DNA of 64,000 nt from Paraspadella gotoi (lineage: Eukaryota > Animalia > Chaetognatha): positions 9,236,764 through 9,300,763 of the forward strand of contig CM119264.1 in assembly GCA_051294375.1 (NCBI GenBank), given 5' to 3'. Positions 39,358 to 55,017 of the stretch are shown in pieces. Position 1 is the first letter of the stretch, and each line of letters opens with the position of its first letter. The notes beneath the pieces are model-generated. The model was not told where the DNA came from and searched no databases. It worked only from the letters and a program-made list of their open reading frames with translations. Position numbers and translations under genes: made by a program.

Positions 39358-40493
39358 AACCTCTCTTTCCCTCGTCTTTCCGTTTTTTCTCTTTAATTTC
39401 TTTTCGACTCATTTCTTCGACCTGCGAAGTTTTCCTTCTCACGGACGGAACCATTCAGCCTTGTTGTCTCTCTCTCTCTTTCTTTTTTGCAGTCTGTTCT
39501 ATTTCTTCTATCTTTGTTTTTTATGTATATATTTTGAAACTACATAGTTTACTTTCATTTCTTGAATTCCTTTTTTCTCCCGTCGAAATAATTTTCTCGA
39601 TTGAAACTCATCATATCTTCTTTCACTCTCCCAACTTCCATTTTCTTTCTCAGCTTCTACTTTCCAAATAATATCTTCCTTCCTGTCCTTTCCTCCTTTT
39701 CTTTTCTCTCTTATTTACATCACACACCTACGCGCGCCCGCACGCAGTCCGAGACTCACGAAAGGCTCTCCCCGGTTCTAGTCAATCGAATGGTTTTTTT
39801 CCGGACATTCGCCCTCGTGACCATTAGCTCTAAATCGCCCTTCCTCTTCCTCCTCCTCCTCCTCCTCCTCCTCCTCTTTCCCCTTTTTCTCCCTCCAACC
39901 AATCGCACGGCCGTTTTACTGTAAGCGGTTCTCAACTACGCGCGAATGGAATTAATCGCCGTCGTCAAGGGAAAACCGTAACAAACCGTTACAACTGTAA
40001 TAACTGTTGTTTTGCCGGAAAGTGGATGCGAGCAAATTCAAGCTGAGAGGACAACGACCGCGGGCTTCAGGAAAATGGCTCGTTAGACATTCGAAGTCGC
40101 GAATTTGCGCCGAATGAGTTAGACTTTTGTTGTGTAACGGAACGATGCAGTATGTCATCAAATTAAATGATTAATTAAAATATTTGAAAAAAAAAACATT
40201 TCGTATTATTAAAGAAAGTATTTAGGAGTATATTAAATAATTCTGAAGAGAATTAAAGAATATTGAAGGACATTAAATGAGCTTCATCGTTCTTTTTTTT
40301 TCGCGCCTCTCATCTTACTTTTTTTTAATTCTTACTTTCATAGGCAAAATTGATTTACTCGCAAAACGTTAAACTGTCGGAAAAGTAAAACGAAAGATTT
40401 ATTAATGGACTCATAGCTCTCTAATTTTTTTTATATCGCCTCTTATTGCTAACCTACGTGAAAAACGAATTCAATTCATAAATTTTTCTCCCA

Positions 40494-40573
<80 letters not shown>

Positions 40574-41331
40574 CTCAATCTCACTGTCTCATTCCCTCTT
40601 CCCATTCGCGCTTCCTCTTTTACCCCCGCTGCCATTGTCTCTTTCTATCTTTCCTCCCACAGCGGTGTCACTCGGTATCACTTGAATAATCACAATTTTT
40701 TGTCATGTTCACATTCTGTTTTGGGCCCTCGGTCGGAGCCAGACGCCTCGTTTCAGTCTAGTTGGTAGCCAGGGTGGTGGAGGAGAATGAGGAGGAGGAG
40801 AAAAATAAGAAAAGGAAGTTAAAAAAAATGAGGACCGGGGGAGAAAAAAGAAAAAAAAGGTGAGTCGCTTTGACAAATTACAGGGGGTGAAATTAAAAGT
40901 GCAATCGAGCTTCCGGCTAAACTTCGATTAAGAATTTCCGACGCTTTTTTTTTTAATTTCGTAATTAAACAACAATGAAAATTCAATGAGAGGAAAAGAC
41001 GCGCGTGCGCGATAGCTCTCGAGAGCAACGGAGCGAGCACGTTTCTCGACCTCAGACCGTGCAGTGCGGTGCAGTACCGTGCAGTGCCGAACAGACGTTC
41101 AGCGCCGATCTCTCCGCTTTTGTCAAGTGTCATGTAAAATTCAAAACCACCTGTCGGGAGTAGAATTTTTCTTTTCTGAGCCAAATTCGATAATTCGTAG
41201 TATAATAATCGATGTGAAGTTGTATTCACTTAGATACGGTATCGTCTATGGTGTAGGCACTGCCTACTAGGCAGGTAACTTGAATTGTCCCGCGACAATG
41301 TCAAATTGATATAAGCTTGATGACATTTTCG

Positions 41332-41426
<95 letters not shown>

Positions 41427-42792
41427 AGAAAAGAAAAGAAAAGAAAAGAAAATAATTTTTTTTTTTTTGGTCCATGTTCTAAGCTGCATCGAAACTGGAA
41501 ATGCCTTGGCGTGAAAACTTGGCTACGCGGTTATGGTTACCATAAAATCATCGTTTCACCCGGGGTTTTCACTTTTTTTTTTATTCAAACGACCCTTTCA
41601 CCGTTTCATACTTTCTTTCTATTCTTTTCTCTTTTCTCCCCCCCTCTNNNNNNNNNNGTTCTCTCACACTTTGTGCATACAGTCTCAGCTAATTCGTAGT
41701 ATATATTTAAAGATGAGAAAAATAGGGAAGAAATTCATTATTTTACATTATCTTTTAAAGCCATCGTTATAATTCTTTACTTTGTATTTTTTTGAGCCTC
41801 ATCGCCAACATGAGGCAGACAGAAATAAAACAAGAAAGAATAAAAAAAAAAGTAGAAAGAAGAAAGAAATATCAACGAAAGACATAAGAAAACGACAGAC
41901 CCATTGATAACCGACCGACTGAGATAAAAAAAACAACGTTGAATAGATTAAAAAAGTTAAAAATTTGAAAGAAAAAAAATTGTGAATATCGTTGAGCCAA
42001 AAAAGAAAAAAAAATCTGAGTCTTAACAAGAATTTGTATCTGGGATGGAAATCGCCTTGGGAAACAGAATAGAATGAGGAGGAAGGGGAGGTGGAGGAGG
42101 AAGATGAGGAGGAGGAGAAGAGGAGAAGGAATAGGTAGAGGAGGAAATGAAAATGAAATCAAAAATAGGAAAGGGAAAGAGGAAGAAGACGTTCTCATTA
42201 AAAGAAGAAGAAAAAAGTCGCGAATCTGAAATTCTCTGGAGTTGAAAAATGACGAAAATCTCTCGGCGGAGGATTTAAAGGTTCGCGTGAAACAGTCGAC
42301 TTTAGAGTTAAATCTAAATTAAAGGTTGTCTTGTGTTTCATAACTTTTAACTCTTTTCATATAAGTTAGGTCGTTAAGCTCTTAAATATTGTTATTTTCA
42401 TCCCCTGTAGGAGAGAATTAATTTTTTTTTAAAATGGAAGACAGTTTAAAAAGAAACCACAATGTTGATTAATTAATTATTGATTACTCAATAAACAACC
42501 GGAAAAAGAAGGAGGAGGTAATCGCCAGCTTTTAATAGAGCATTTTTTTTGAAAATGAGACTAAAACCATAAAATGGAAAAAAAAAAATATGAAAAAAAC
42601 GAAAGGAGTTTTCGATTACAATAAATCGTTCGGAACGTTGAGATAAGAACAAATAGGGAGTTTATTTCCCTTCTTAACTCAGATCAAAACAAGGAGTTCT
42701 TAAGAACCCGGATGAAATTGAAAAAAAAACATCGTTCACGGTTGATCAGCCTGAGTTGATTAATTATCTCTGACCATCTGATGTCCGTCACG

Positions 42793-42866
<74 letters not shown>

Positions 42867-43134
42867 TCCTCATTTTCTATGCCTGTTCTGTTTTTTTTTT
42901 GAGAGGGCATAACTTTCTTTGTTCCTCAATTACCCCGCTTTTTAAATAATGAGTCCCGACATGGTTCACGAACGGAAAACCTTTCGCTTCGCTTTTCTCC
43001 TTTTTGTGGGGGGGGGGAATTCGGGCGGGAACGCTCTATTAAGGGAATTTTTCCCACAAAAGATCGGGGAAAAAAAAAAGAAGGAAGATATTTGCGCTCT
43101 CTTTTCCAAACGAGTCTCATTTCTGTTCCTTAAT

Positions 43135-43320
43135 CTCTAATCCTTTAGTTTATTACTAAAGCTATAACCAAACCTCTAACCTTAATTGCTAACCATAAAG
43201 CCTAACAATAATATATCCTAATCCCGAACCATAAAATTTTGTAACTAAACTTATTCGCTAATCCTAATCAATAAGTTAATCCATAACCTAAAAACTAATC
43301 TTTAACCTAAATCCTAACTT
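43135..43320. repeat. Degenerate (CCTAA/CCCTAA)-like tract
   Basis: Repeated ctaacc, cctaat and taacc words over about 185 bp; highly degenerate. Confidence 0.5.
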
Positions 43321-44308
43321 TTTAATTTAATTTTTTAAACTTTAAAACTGATTTAATTCTGAATTAAAGATAAAATGGGGCGTTCTGGGCAAATAGGCAG
43401 ATAATTGCGAGTTGTGGTTTCTTTAATACCTCGTTAGTTTTCTTGAAAAAGCTAATTTTATTTCGTTTGTAGAGTGATCCCGCGATCTTTTTTCTTAACT
43501 AAAAAACAATCAGATGTGCTTTTAATCTTCGACATTCAATGAAGTACGCGAAACAAAGTTAAACTTAAACATAAAACTTTACTTAAATTAAACTAACAGA
43601 CTTTAAAGGCATAGCTTTTTCTAATTAGAAAATAGAGTTATTTTTTTTAAAAAATCGCGTAAAAAAATTTTAATGGAAACTTTTCCCTCATTCTTATGCG
43701 ATCGCGAGTGAGAATGAATTTTTTAAAGAAGGGGAAGGATAAAACAAGGATATAAAATAATCCAACAATGGTCCGACACGTATTCTTCTCTCTTCTCTCT
43801 CTCTCTCTCTCTCTCTCTCCCTCTCTCCCTCGTTCTCTTAACCTCTCTTTGCCCCTCCCTTTGTTACCAAGCTGGATCTTTTTTGTGGTATTATCTCTTT
43901 AGAATTCATGAGAGAAGCTGAGAAAAAAAAAGGGGAAAAAAAAAGAAGAAATGATAGAGGGAGAAAAGGATCCGCAAATATCAACCCCGTTTGCGTTGAG
44001 TCTCGGACCGAAAAAAAAAAAGTATTTCGTCATGAATTTGGCAAAATTTTAACGAATTTCGCTACAATGTTTCTACAGTTAAAAATTTTCGAGAAATATT
44101 CGTATCAAACGTTTGGTGATATTACGTCACTACAATGTCTTAGTTTCTCTTCATCCTTGGTTAGTAGGTATAAACTTTGAAGTCTAACTTGTCATCCAAT
44201 GTTTGACAGACAACTCAATCTCACATTCCATTAAATGTGCACAGCCAAAACATTTTAAGCTCCGAAGCTAAAAAAATTGGGTTCAAATTCTTTTTCCATC
44301 TAATAAAA

Positions 44309-44406
<98 letters not shown>

Positions 44407-45057
44407 ATTTTTTCTCTCTTACCCTAATTAAAACCGGTTTAACCGATTTTTCCTTTGATTGAAAAAGAAAGAAAGAAAAAAAAAATTCCGCTCAAATTCT
44501 GTAAAAAACGAGAAAGTTTTGCTTCTCTACTCATCCTCCCGAACTGGTACTGTAGTAGCTGATGTACTTGATTACGTATGTATTATATACAAATAAAGTA
44601 AAATTCGATTACAAAAAATAAAAGAATCTTGGAGGAAGGCAGAAAATTATAGCGTTTTCGGTGGAAGAAGGAAAAACAGACGATACGTTATCTTCCGCGC
44701 GGCGCCGCGGCAGCACATGTCGCAGCTCCGCGGTAGGGTCCGTCGCAGCAGCACGCCGCGCGCGAGGAACCGACTTCTCACCCACTCCGCAAAAATCTTA
44801 CAATGAAGCCATTAAAGTTTTTTCTTCGGGCCTCTTGCCAGATGTTGCGAGAAAGAGAAAGGGATCAGAAACGGGAAAGGACTGGGGTTGGGTGAGACAA
44901 AGCGCTAAGGTTGCGATGGGAGAGGGGTGAGCTGGTTAAGTAGGAAAGGGGATGCACGATTTCTTTTTCTCTTTTGCAACTTCGCAACTTTGTTCATAAA
45001 TCTCCGCAGCGTCACCTTAAAATCCTTAGCCAAGCACGAACAAAGGTTGGTGAGTGA

Positions 45058-45165
<108 letters not shown>

Positions 45166-45952
45166 AATTCCGATGACAAGCTTGAGGACAGACATCGGGG
45201 GAAAAACATATAACAAATGGTAATTGAACAAGAGAGAATTCGTTTGAAATATTGGACTCAGAAGAAGAAGAGAGAAAAACACGAAATAAAACAGAGCAAT
45301 AAATTAAAGCTGCAGAGGAAAAAGGAAAGCAAAAAAAATGGAAGAAGGAGGAAAGGAGAAAGCATAAAACAAAGATGGCGTAAGTCTCACGCTTGGAGAA
45401 AATTGATTTGCTTAGAAACATGTTTCACAATGGTCGTAAATTTTGTTAAACTCTAAAAAATTCAATTAGGATTATTTAAAAACTAAATCATTGGCGTCTT
45501 TATTCGTCAGAATGGGAACATATTGAAGTAGATGTTAGTAGTGTTCCGAGGGCTAATTTTATATTAGTTTTTATTATAAACTTGAATTTAAGAAAAAAAT
45601 TTATTAATATGGGCATCTAGATCCAGAAATATACAATTTTTAAAGGAATATGTAACATACAAAAGATACGAATGAAAAATGGTATAAAAAGTTTAAAACT
45701 TTACAAACAAAGAAGAAATATGTAAAAAAATTATATGTACAGAAAAAAAACAAACTTCGAAGCAGCGGATTCGTCTCCTTTCATGATACGACAGTCGACA
45801 CGAGTTTTGCAGGGAATCGCCTGTCATGCGATCGCAGCGACACGAGTGGAAGCGGAGGAAGAAAAAAAACAAAAAACAAAAGATAAAATGGAATGAAAAG
45901 AAAAGCGACGCAACCCTTGGCGGAGTTCCATTCCTCTCAGTTCTGCTTTCAA

Positions 45953-46606
<654 letters not shown>

Positions 46607-46667
46607 CTCAAGTAGATAGACAGAGAGAGATGAGGAAGAGGAAATAAGGAAAAAAGAGTGTTAGATA

Positions 46668-46698
<31 letters not shown>

Positions 46699-46709
46699 AG
46701 AGAGAAGAG

Positions 46710-46777
<68 letters not shown>

Positions 46778-47296
46778 AAGAGAGAAGAAGAGAATGACCC
46801 TAGGCTTTTAAATCCTTCCGTTGCACATTCATCTCTCAAAAGCAAAGACGCGGACAAGATTCGTGGGGAAGAGTCGTGGGACGGGTGATGGCATGTCTGG
46901 CACAAGGTGATGTAATGTTACATCGAGGGTAAGGTAATGTGAAAGACTTAAATTAAGATTCACAAAAAGACTGGCAAATTTTCGTAAAAACTGGCTAAAT
47001 TATACAAAATCTAAAATGCCAGCTGACATAAGAAAAGAAAGAATTAAGGCAAGATTCGCTCTTTCGGACCAAAATATTTGAAGAGGCACATTAATCAACA
47101 TAGTCATTAATTATTTACTAGAACGCATCCCTTCACGCGGTGTATTTTTTCGTCAAATTGAGTCCCCCTAAAAAAAAAGAGTAGTATCGAAATGAAGGCT
47201 TTAAAATTAAATGGGATTTTGAAAGAGAAGAAATTCTGGCGAACGGAAAGGAAAATAGGAAAAAAACGAGGAAAGGAAAAAAACTGCCATGAAGGG

Positions 47297-47424
<128 letters not shown>

Positions 47425-48185
47425 GGCGTAAATGAGAGAAAAAAGAGTGAAACTTTGAAAAGAGGGAGACAGAGAGAAAGGAATTTCTCCTTGAAACTCA
47501 CGTCATGAACCATGGAGCGACGGCGCGGGCTAAATCACGTGCACTTCGAGCGAGGGCGGATGTTTGGTCGGGGCGCGTGAGGGAAGAGCGTTAGGGTAGC
47601 GTGAATCGCTAATTGTGAATCCTCGTGAATCTGGGAAAGGGATTCGCGGGATAGAGAAATGGTGATGGATTCACGATTTAACTATTAGTCTATTCGTCGG
47701 TTTAGCGTAGATACGAGCGTTTTATAAAAGATTGCTAAGTCTCATTTCTAAAGCTTATGGATTATATCCAAAGTTCGCACGGACATATGAATAATATTAT
47801 ATATTATATATATGATAAACGAGGCAGACATTCAATTAATTGTTGGTTTCCTATATATATTCCTCCTATAAGGTTACCGTATCAATACTTTTCTTTGATT
47901 CATATTCGGCTTTGCGAAAAATATACCCAATAAAAATTCTCCGAGATTCTTTTATTTTTGATTCAGATTCCTCGCTCCGTAAGTTTTTATTTCTAATCCG
48001 GCCAAAGAAAAAAGATAAGGAGTGAATACTGACTTTCGATCGGCGTTGGTTTTTACAAGAAACAGAAATTGTAAATGGTGCTTGAAGCTGTAATGGGGAA
48101 AACTGAGCGCGGAACGCCGCCGATCTTCGACACAAAAATCTCGTTAACGATCTCGCGTTTCCATCTCCTTTCTTTCTTTCCTCTC

Positions 48186-48327
<142 letters not shown>

Positions 48328-48597
48328 GCAATTCGAAGAGAATGGGCGTCGCCGGCGAAGGACGTATTATTACTAGGATGCTAGATGTTGTGTTATTCAC
48401 TCTTGTCAACGTTTTTTTTTCTTTCTTATCTTTTTTTTTTCTTTTCACTACGTAACTCTCAACGTTTTAGATTGTTCTCGTGATTAAGCTATAAGTTCGT
48501 TGATCTCTGTTCCTGATCTCCAGGATTTCCATCAAATTACTTTCTTTCGCATTTTTTCAACGATTTTTTTCAGTATCAAATCATTTCTTTCTCTTAT

Positions 48598-48645
48598 ATT
48601 ATTATTAATTATTATTATTATTAATATTATTATTATTATTATTAA

Positions 48646-48721
<76 letters not shown>

Positions 48722-48742
48722 ATTATTATTATTATTATTATT
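48598..48742. repeat. (ATT)n microsatellite
   Basis: Direct reading; explains the poly-Ile pseudo-ORF. Confidence 0.95.
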
Positions 48743-49712
48743 GTATTATATTTTTTTATTTTTTCTCCGACTTAGATTCTGCGTTATTTGAATTTCTCAA
48801 TCTCTTATTATTTTTCTTTCCTCTTTTTTTCCTTTCCTCTCAACATTTCATCATCGACTTTTCACTGACTCTTTTTTTTTTTCCTTTTTCGTTCTCCTTT
48901 TTCACGCTTCGCGTTATTAGCGCCACGATTTCCTAATCCCTCTTGCGACCTGTTGGCTTTTCCCTTCTATTCTATTCTTACCTTCTTCACCCTTTTCCGC
49001 TCTGCTTTTTTTCGCGCCCTCCCACTCCGAGGGGCAGAGGCAGAGCGCCTCTCGCGGCGAACGAGAAAATCATTTCCTCGATAGTGAAACAAATGATCAG
49101 TCGAAGACCCGAAGATATTTTTTTTTCTTTCCATTTTTTTCTTTCTTTCTCTCTTCCTCGTTTCTCTTCAGTTTCTCAATTCCTTTATCGTTTCTTGTTT
49201 TCTGCCTTTTCTTCTATTGTTTCCTTCCTTTTTTACATTTTTTTAGGTTTGTCTCTTAATAGTTTAGTGAAAATTTTGTCATCTATTATTTATAAATGCA
49301 TCGTTGAAGTTTTGGAAATCTTTCTCTACTCTAGTCATTATTATTTTAAAAGTTGATTTACTACGAAACAGCGTTATCGAATACCAATTTCATTTTTTGT
49401 AATTTTACGTACATATTATTTGTTACATATTTGTACATTTTTTGAATTTTACGTTACATTTTTTTTCGCTCTTCATCAGTGTTGAGAGTGTTTTGAGAGT
49501 TGTAGTCAAATCAAAGGATCTTCTCTTCATAACTCTTAAATTTAAAACGTTCAAAAATAAACAGTGTTCAAGTGTCCGGGCCAAGGATTAACGCGGTTAT
49601 AATATTGATTCATTCAGCTGATCTCCGTTTTCCTCCGGTAGACTTTTCTCTCAGCCTTGGAATTTGACTCCGCGACGAAGAAAACCATTTTTCGTTTTTC
49701 TTGTGACGTTTA

Positions 49713-50118
49713 TTGCGGCCTCACATGAGGCACGAAACCTGATAGTCCTAGATTGTCGTCGTCGTCGTCGGCTTCGTCGGCGTCATCGGCGTCATCGTTG
49801 CGGCCTCACATGAGGCACAAAACCTGATAGTCCTAGATTTTTGTCGTCGCTGGTGGTTTCGTCGGTGTCGTTGGCATCGTTGTTGCGGCCTCACATGAGA
49901 CACGAAACCTGATAGTCCTAGATTGTCATCGTCATCGTCGGCTTTGTCGGCGTTGTCGTTGCGGCCTCACATGAGGCAAGAAACCTGATAGTCCTAGATT
50001 GTCGTTGTCGTCGTCGGCTTGGTCGGCGTCGTCGTTGCGGCCTCACATGAGGCACGAAACCCGATAGTCCTAGATTGTCGTCGTCGTCGTCGGCTTGGTC
50101 GGCGTCGTCGTTGTTGTC
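49713..50118. repeat. Minisatellite: 5 x conserved 42-bp core + (GTC)n-rich variable linker
   Basis: Core TTGCGGCCTCACATGAGGCACGAAACCTGATAGTCCTAGATT starts at 49713, 49798, 49883, 49959 and 50035 (periods 85, 85, 76, 76). Confidence 0.92.
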
Positions 50119-50789
50119 AACTTTGTCTTAAGGTTTTTGTCCTAGTTATGTCGCCAACTATAAATGAATGATGTTGGTTTAATCGATATTATATTATATT
50201 ATATTATCGATATGTTCTTTTCTTCAACATCCTTCCGATGGTGCACAGTTTCAAGAAATATTTTTTTGGGAATTTCAGTCGGGTTCTTTATCGGCCAAAA
50301 AAAAAATCTTTTTTAAGGGGGGAACTGATAGAGAGGGAGTTATTTTCAGATGGACAGAAATAATGGGAAAGTGAATACCAAAATGAGCATGAATTTAAAA
50401 AAACATTAAATTACCTAAAAATTACATAAATTTAATAAAAATAGAAAATATTAAAAGAAAAAAGTCAAGAATGTAACCGAGACATGCCGACACGCCGTCA
50501 ACCAAATCGCACGATAAGAAGAGAGAAATGGCAATAACGAAAAAAAAGGCGCACTTAACATAAGATTAAATCCAAGAAGTATTAAAAAAAAAGAATAATA
50601 AATAAATAAATAAACAAAAAAACTCTAGTTGTCGACTGTCGCGTCTGCAGTGACGTTTGTGGATTTAAACCCACGTGATCGCTCGCTGAAATAGCGAGCG
50701 GGTCACGTGACATATCTCTGTCGAGGGTCGGAGTTCGCGACGAGAGGACATGAAAGTTTGAGCCCCAAGGATTATCCATTCATGGTGAG

Positions 50790-50880
<91 letters not shown>

Positions 50881-51275
50881 ATGTCATAAAAGCTGAATAT
50901 ACTCTTCTTGTATCTATGGTTCAGTTATATTTGAAACACTAAACATTAAACAATATAAGCGGACGTTTCCTTACATATAATTTCGTGATCGGATAAAAAA
51001 AAAACGGATAATAAAGAAAAAATGATTTTTGTGTAGGTGGCGCCTGAGAAAAAAAGGAGAGAGAACGTAATCGCATTGTAAACAGAGAGCGAGGATTTCA
51101 AACGTCCCTTTAACGAGGATCGATCGACCAACTAGGAATTCCAGGGGAAAAAATATATCCCGGCGAGTAATCCTGAGGCTGACTTTGCGGTTAAGAAGAT
51201 AAGGAAGGTAAGTTAAGCGTGTTATGGAAGGTCGGTTAGGAACCCGAAGCTAACCACCAGGACCGCAGGGGAAAA

Positions 51276-51361
<86 letters not shown>

Positions 51362-52123
51362 AATCACCTCCAGTATCGCTACCATTCGTGACAGAAGCCA
51401 CGCCCCCTCGCCGTGATCGTATCCGCCCCCCGCGTCGCTTTGAACGAACGGGGGGGGGAAATTAATACTGAAAAGGGATATAGTCAACGTTGAAGAGAAG
51501 CATTAGTGGGAATGGGTAGGGAAGAGAAAGCGGTCGGGCGGGAAGCGAATCAAGAGCGGGCGGGGAGCGAGATGGATTAAATATGGAATAAAAGCAAAAC
51601 TGATCATAAAATACTCGAAAAAAGATAGAATACTCAAAAGAATTGAAGAAAGAAAAAATTGTGAAAATTTAGAGGAACTGTTGGAGAACATAAAAAAAGA
51701 AATGAAAAAGGATGAAACGACGATGAACAAATAAAAGGAGAATACAGAATTATAAAAGCGTAAGATTTCCCATGAATTACATAGAATTACGAGTGAAATA
51801 AAAACTCAAAGGCGAAAAAATAACGGAGCCGCGAGCACAAAAAAAAAAAAAAAAAAAAATGAGACAAAAAAGTTGAATTTTCTGCTCGTTTTATATTTTA
51901 CTGAAAACAAGATAACTCTCGTTATTAAAATTTATTCTTCCAAAAATTTATACAGATATAGCATTCTATTTTTCGGAAATAAAGCATGTTTAATATAAAC
52001 CATGTAAATTATGACATTCATGGCAATTCATTCATACATGAAACTAATTTGGCACTCCTACAATTATAATAAGTAAGACAGTACAAGTAGAGACAACCGT
52101 TATCATTTCATTTTTTCCACGGA

Positions 52124-52193
<70 letters not shown>

Positions 52194-52809
52194 CTCTCTC
52201 TCTTCTCTCTCTCTCTCTCTCCGTCTCTATCTCTTTCTAATATCTCGTTCTCCCTCTCCTCATGATGAGGGTTGAGATTTCCCGTCTATTTTATCTGCCA
52301 TCGATCATAAGGCGACAGGGCGTATATTTCATTATCCATCAAAAGAAGAAGCTCGTCCCGAAGCAACGACGAAAACGACGACGACGACGACGACGACATC
52401 TTGTTTTGCAGTTCCCTTGGAAAAAAGCCTTCTTCGTCTGTCAATTTTAATATAGGATTCTTGAAATAAATCAAATGCCATCGTATTTGTTTTCCTAATT
52501 GATTTAATTAATTAAGAATTACAAACGTTTCTCCGATAGAAAACTGAAGTTAAATAAAAGAGGAAAAAAGTAAAGAAAGAGGGATAGAAAGAGATAGAAA
52601 AAATGGAGATAAAAAGAGAGGAAACTAATTGGAATCTGAAATGTAATTTTGTTTCGGGAATATTTGTCAAAATAATCTCGATCCAAAGCTCGATTTTTAA
52701 AAGCCTTGAAAGGGTTTCCTTAATTACTTTTTCTCTCCCTGTTGAAGTTGAAGTTTGAACGATGATATAATTAATCCATCAACGAAATCTACCAACTTGC
52801 TAATCTCGT

Positions 52810-52840
<31 letters not shown>

Positions 52841-52856
52841 CTCTCTCTTCTCTCTC

Positions 52857-52894
<38 letters not shown>

Positions 52895-52898
52895 CCCT

Positions 52899-52938
<40 letters not shown>

Positions 52939-53691
52939 AACTAAAGCTCGACTCCATTCCGCTGGCCCCCATTATCGGCCCCTAAACTCCCACGACACGT
53001 CGTTCCCAATGTTTGACGTTTTCGTCGTCGTCGTCTTCGTCGTCGTCTTAGTCATTCTTTGTCCTCGACTTCCTTTTCGCGTTTCAGTCTTCATTCCATC
53101 GTTTAGTTCTACTAAGTTCATCTTCGCCAATAATTCTGACTTTGCAATTTTCACCCGGCAGTTATTCTTATAATCTTCTTACTATATTACTATAAAACTA
53201 GAAGACTATATATCCTAGTCATTGTCGTGTTGTCAATAGTTTTTTTTCATAAGTATCGTCGTGATCGTCGGCGTCGTCGTGATCGTCTTCTTCTTCATTG
53301 TTTTTCTTCCTCTCCTCATCTTCGTCGTCGTCATCGTCGTCGTCGTCGTTTCCTCTCCTCTTCCTCATTGTTACTGCCGTCCCTATTGGGTTTTCCTTAT
53401 TCATGTTTTTATTTTGTTTTCGTTTTTGTTTTGTGTCGCTGAACATCGATGTCGTCATCGAAGCGTCGTTTTCGCGCTCGTTACCTGCGTCATCATTGCT
53501 ATTGTTATTTAACTTATTTTCTCATTACGCGGTCGCCCACGTCGTTTTCGTCGCCGTCGTGGGCGTCCACCTCCTCTTTATATTCAACGCCCGAATTTAA
53601 TTTAAACTTTTTTTTTTCCAAATAAGTATTTATTATAAAAATATATGTAATATAAAGTTATATTTTCATCATGGACGAACGCTGCAATTTA

Positions 53692-55017
53692 GGCCTGGGA
53701 TCACTCACACAAAAAGTTTATAAATAGGGTAACACAAGCTTGATTTTTGAAAGTAGAGGTTCCAGTCGATTCGAAAATGTTAATTCACTTTATTATTTTT
53801 TTGCAAAACGTTAGTGTTTTTTCGAATTGTTATATTACTATATAAAATAAAAGAAACCTATCGAGAGTTGCAGCCCAAACGCGAAGCGGATTTTGATGAA
53901 ATTTAACATAATTTTACTTGAGGTGAAGGTCCCCAATTCTATGAGAGGATTTTCCAAATTCACTTTTCTTTCATAGGAAGAAAAAAAAAGAATAATGGAA
54001 ATTTTGGTGTTAAAATCTAAATATCTTGAAAACGAATAACATTTTCAAAAATTCCCTCTCATAGAATTTCTGACCACATTTCCATAACTAACCGAAAAAA
54101 AATAATTTTAGTTTATTTTTTTTTCAACCACAGTTTTCGCTCAACTCTTTTTGTTTATTTATGTTTTTTTATTTTTTAATTTTTTTTTTGCTGTAGATTT
54201 TAAAGAACTGAAAGTCGAGCAGAGAACTCTAAAAATCGACATGCCTTTTGTAAAATCTATTTCATTTCTAGTTTTAAATGATGGCTTTTACCGTTTCTCT
54301 GAAGTTTTATCCAATTTTTTAAAATTCTTTTTTTAAATTTAAAAATGCTGTGACAAACAAAACACGGCTGGGTGAACAAGGAGAATGCTGCAAGGGTTTA
54401 CTTATTTCGTCCTGTGGCAAACGGTCAAGCTTTAAAAGCGTTTTGAATGTGGGGACAGAAACTAATTGGCTAAGAGGAGAGCATAAAAGATTTCCATCAG
54501 TGGAATCAGCTGACACATTATTGGGCACCATAAGGTTTTCTATCTCAGCAGATCCGATTGCAGATGCAAAATGGACGATTGTCTTTGACTTTTAAAAATT
54601 GTACAATTTTTGTATAACTTCTTTTAGTAAAAAAAATGGTATTAGGCATCATTAAATAATGTATTTCCTGCAACTCTCTCTAGCATAAAACGTTTTATAT
54701 TTTCATCCTTAATTGATCCAATTACATACATAAGAATGACTAGGCTTTTAGGTCACTAGTATTACACTGAGGTAGCTGATGTTAATTTGAATAAAAGAAT
54801 TAAAATTCGACTTTAAAAAATGACTTTACCGTTGGAATGAAGTTTTTTAGGTACCGATAAAAAAAATTGCCCGCATTTTTGGGTGGCTCTTGAAGCTAAA
54901 CCTTTATGTCAAATTTGAATTTTTTTAAATTTGAACACAGCGAAGGAAATATCTTCTTTTAGCATAAAATATTTGTATAAAGCTTTATTGCAATTCTTGT
55001 TTGAATGATACCAGGCC
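53692..55017. mobile_element. Non-autonomous TIR DNA element, TTAA-type (Kolobok-like)
   Basis: Left end GGCCTGGGATCACTCACACAA; reverse complement of right end GGCCTGGTATCATTCAAACAA (18/21). Flanks are TTTA on the left and TTAA (55018-55021) on the right, with GG...CC termini and an AT-rich non-coding interior. Confidence 0.65.

Noticed and set aside
43135-43320. True telomere or telomere fusion site
   Set aside because: It is too degenerate, short and single-orientation, so it is treated as a simple repeat.
49713-50118. True CRISPR array
   Set aside because: The linkers are mutually related (GTC)n sequence, there are no cas genes and the context is eukaryotic. It also lacks a correctly ordered CUGANGA/GAAA hammerhead core.
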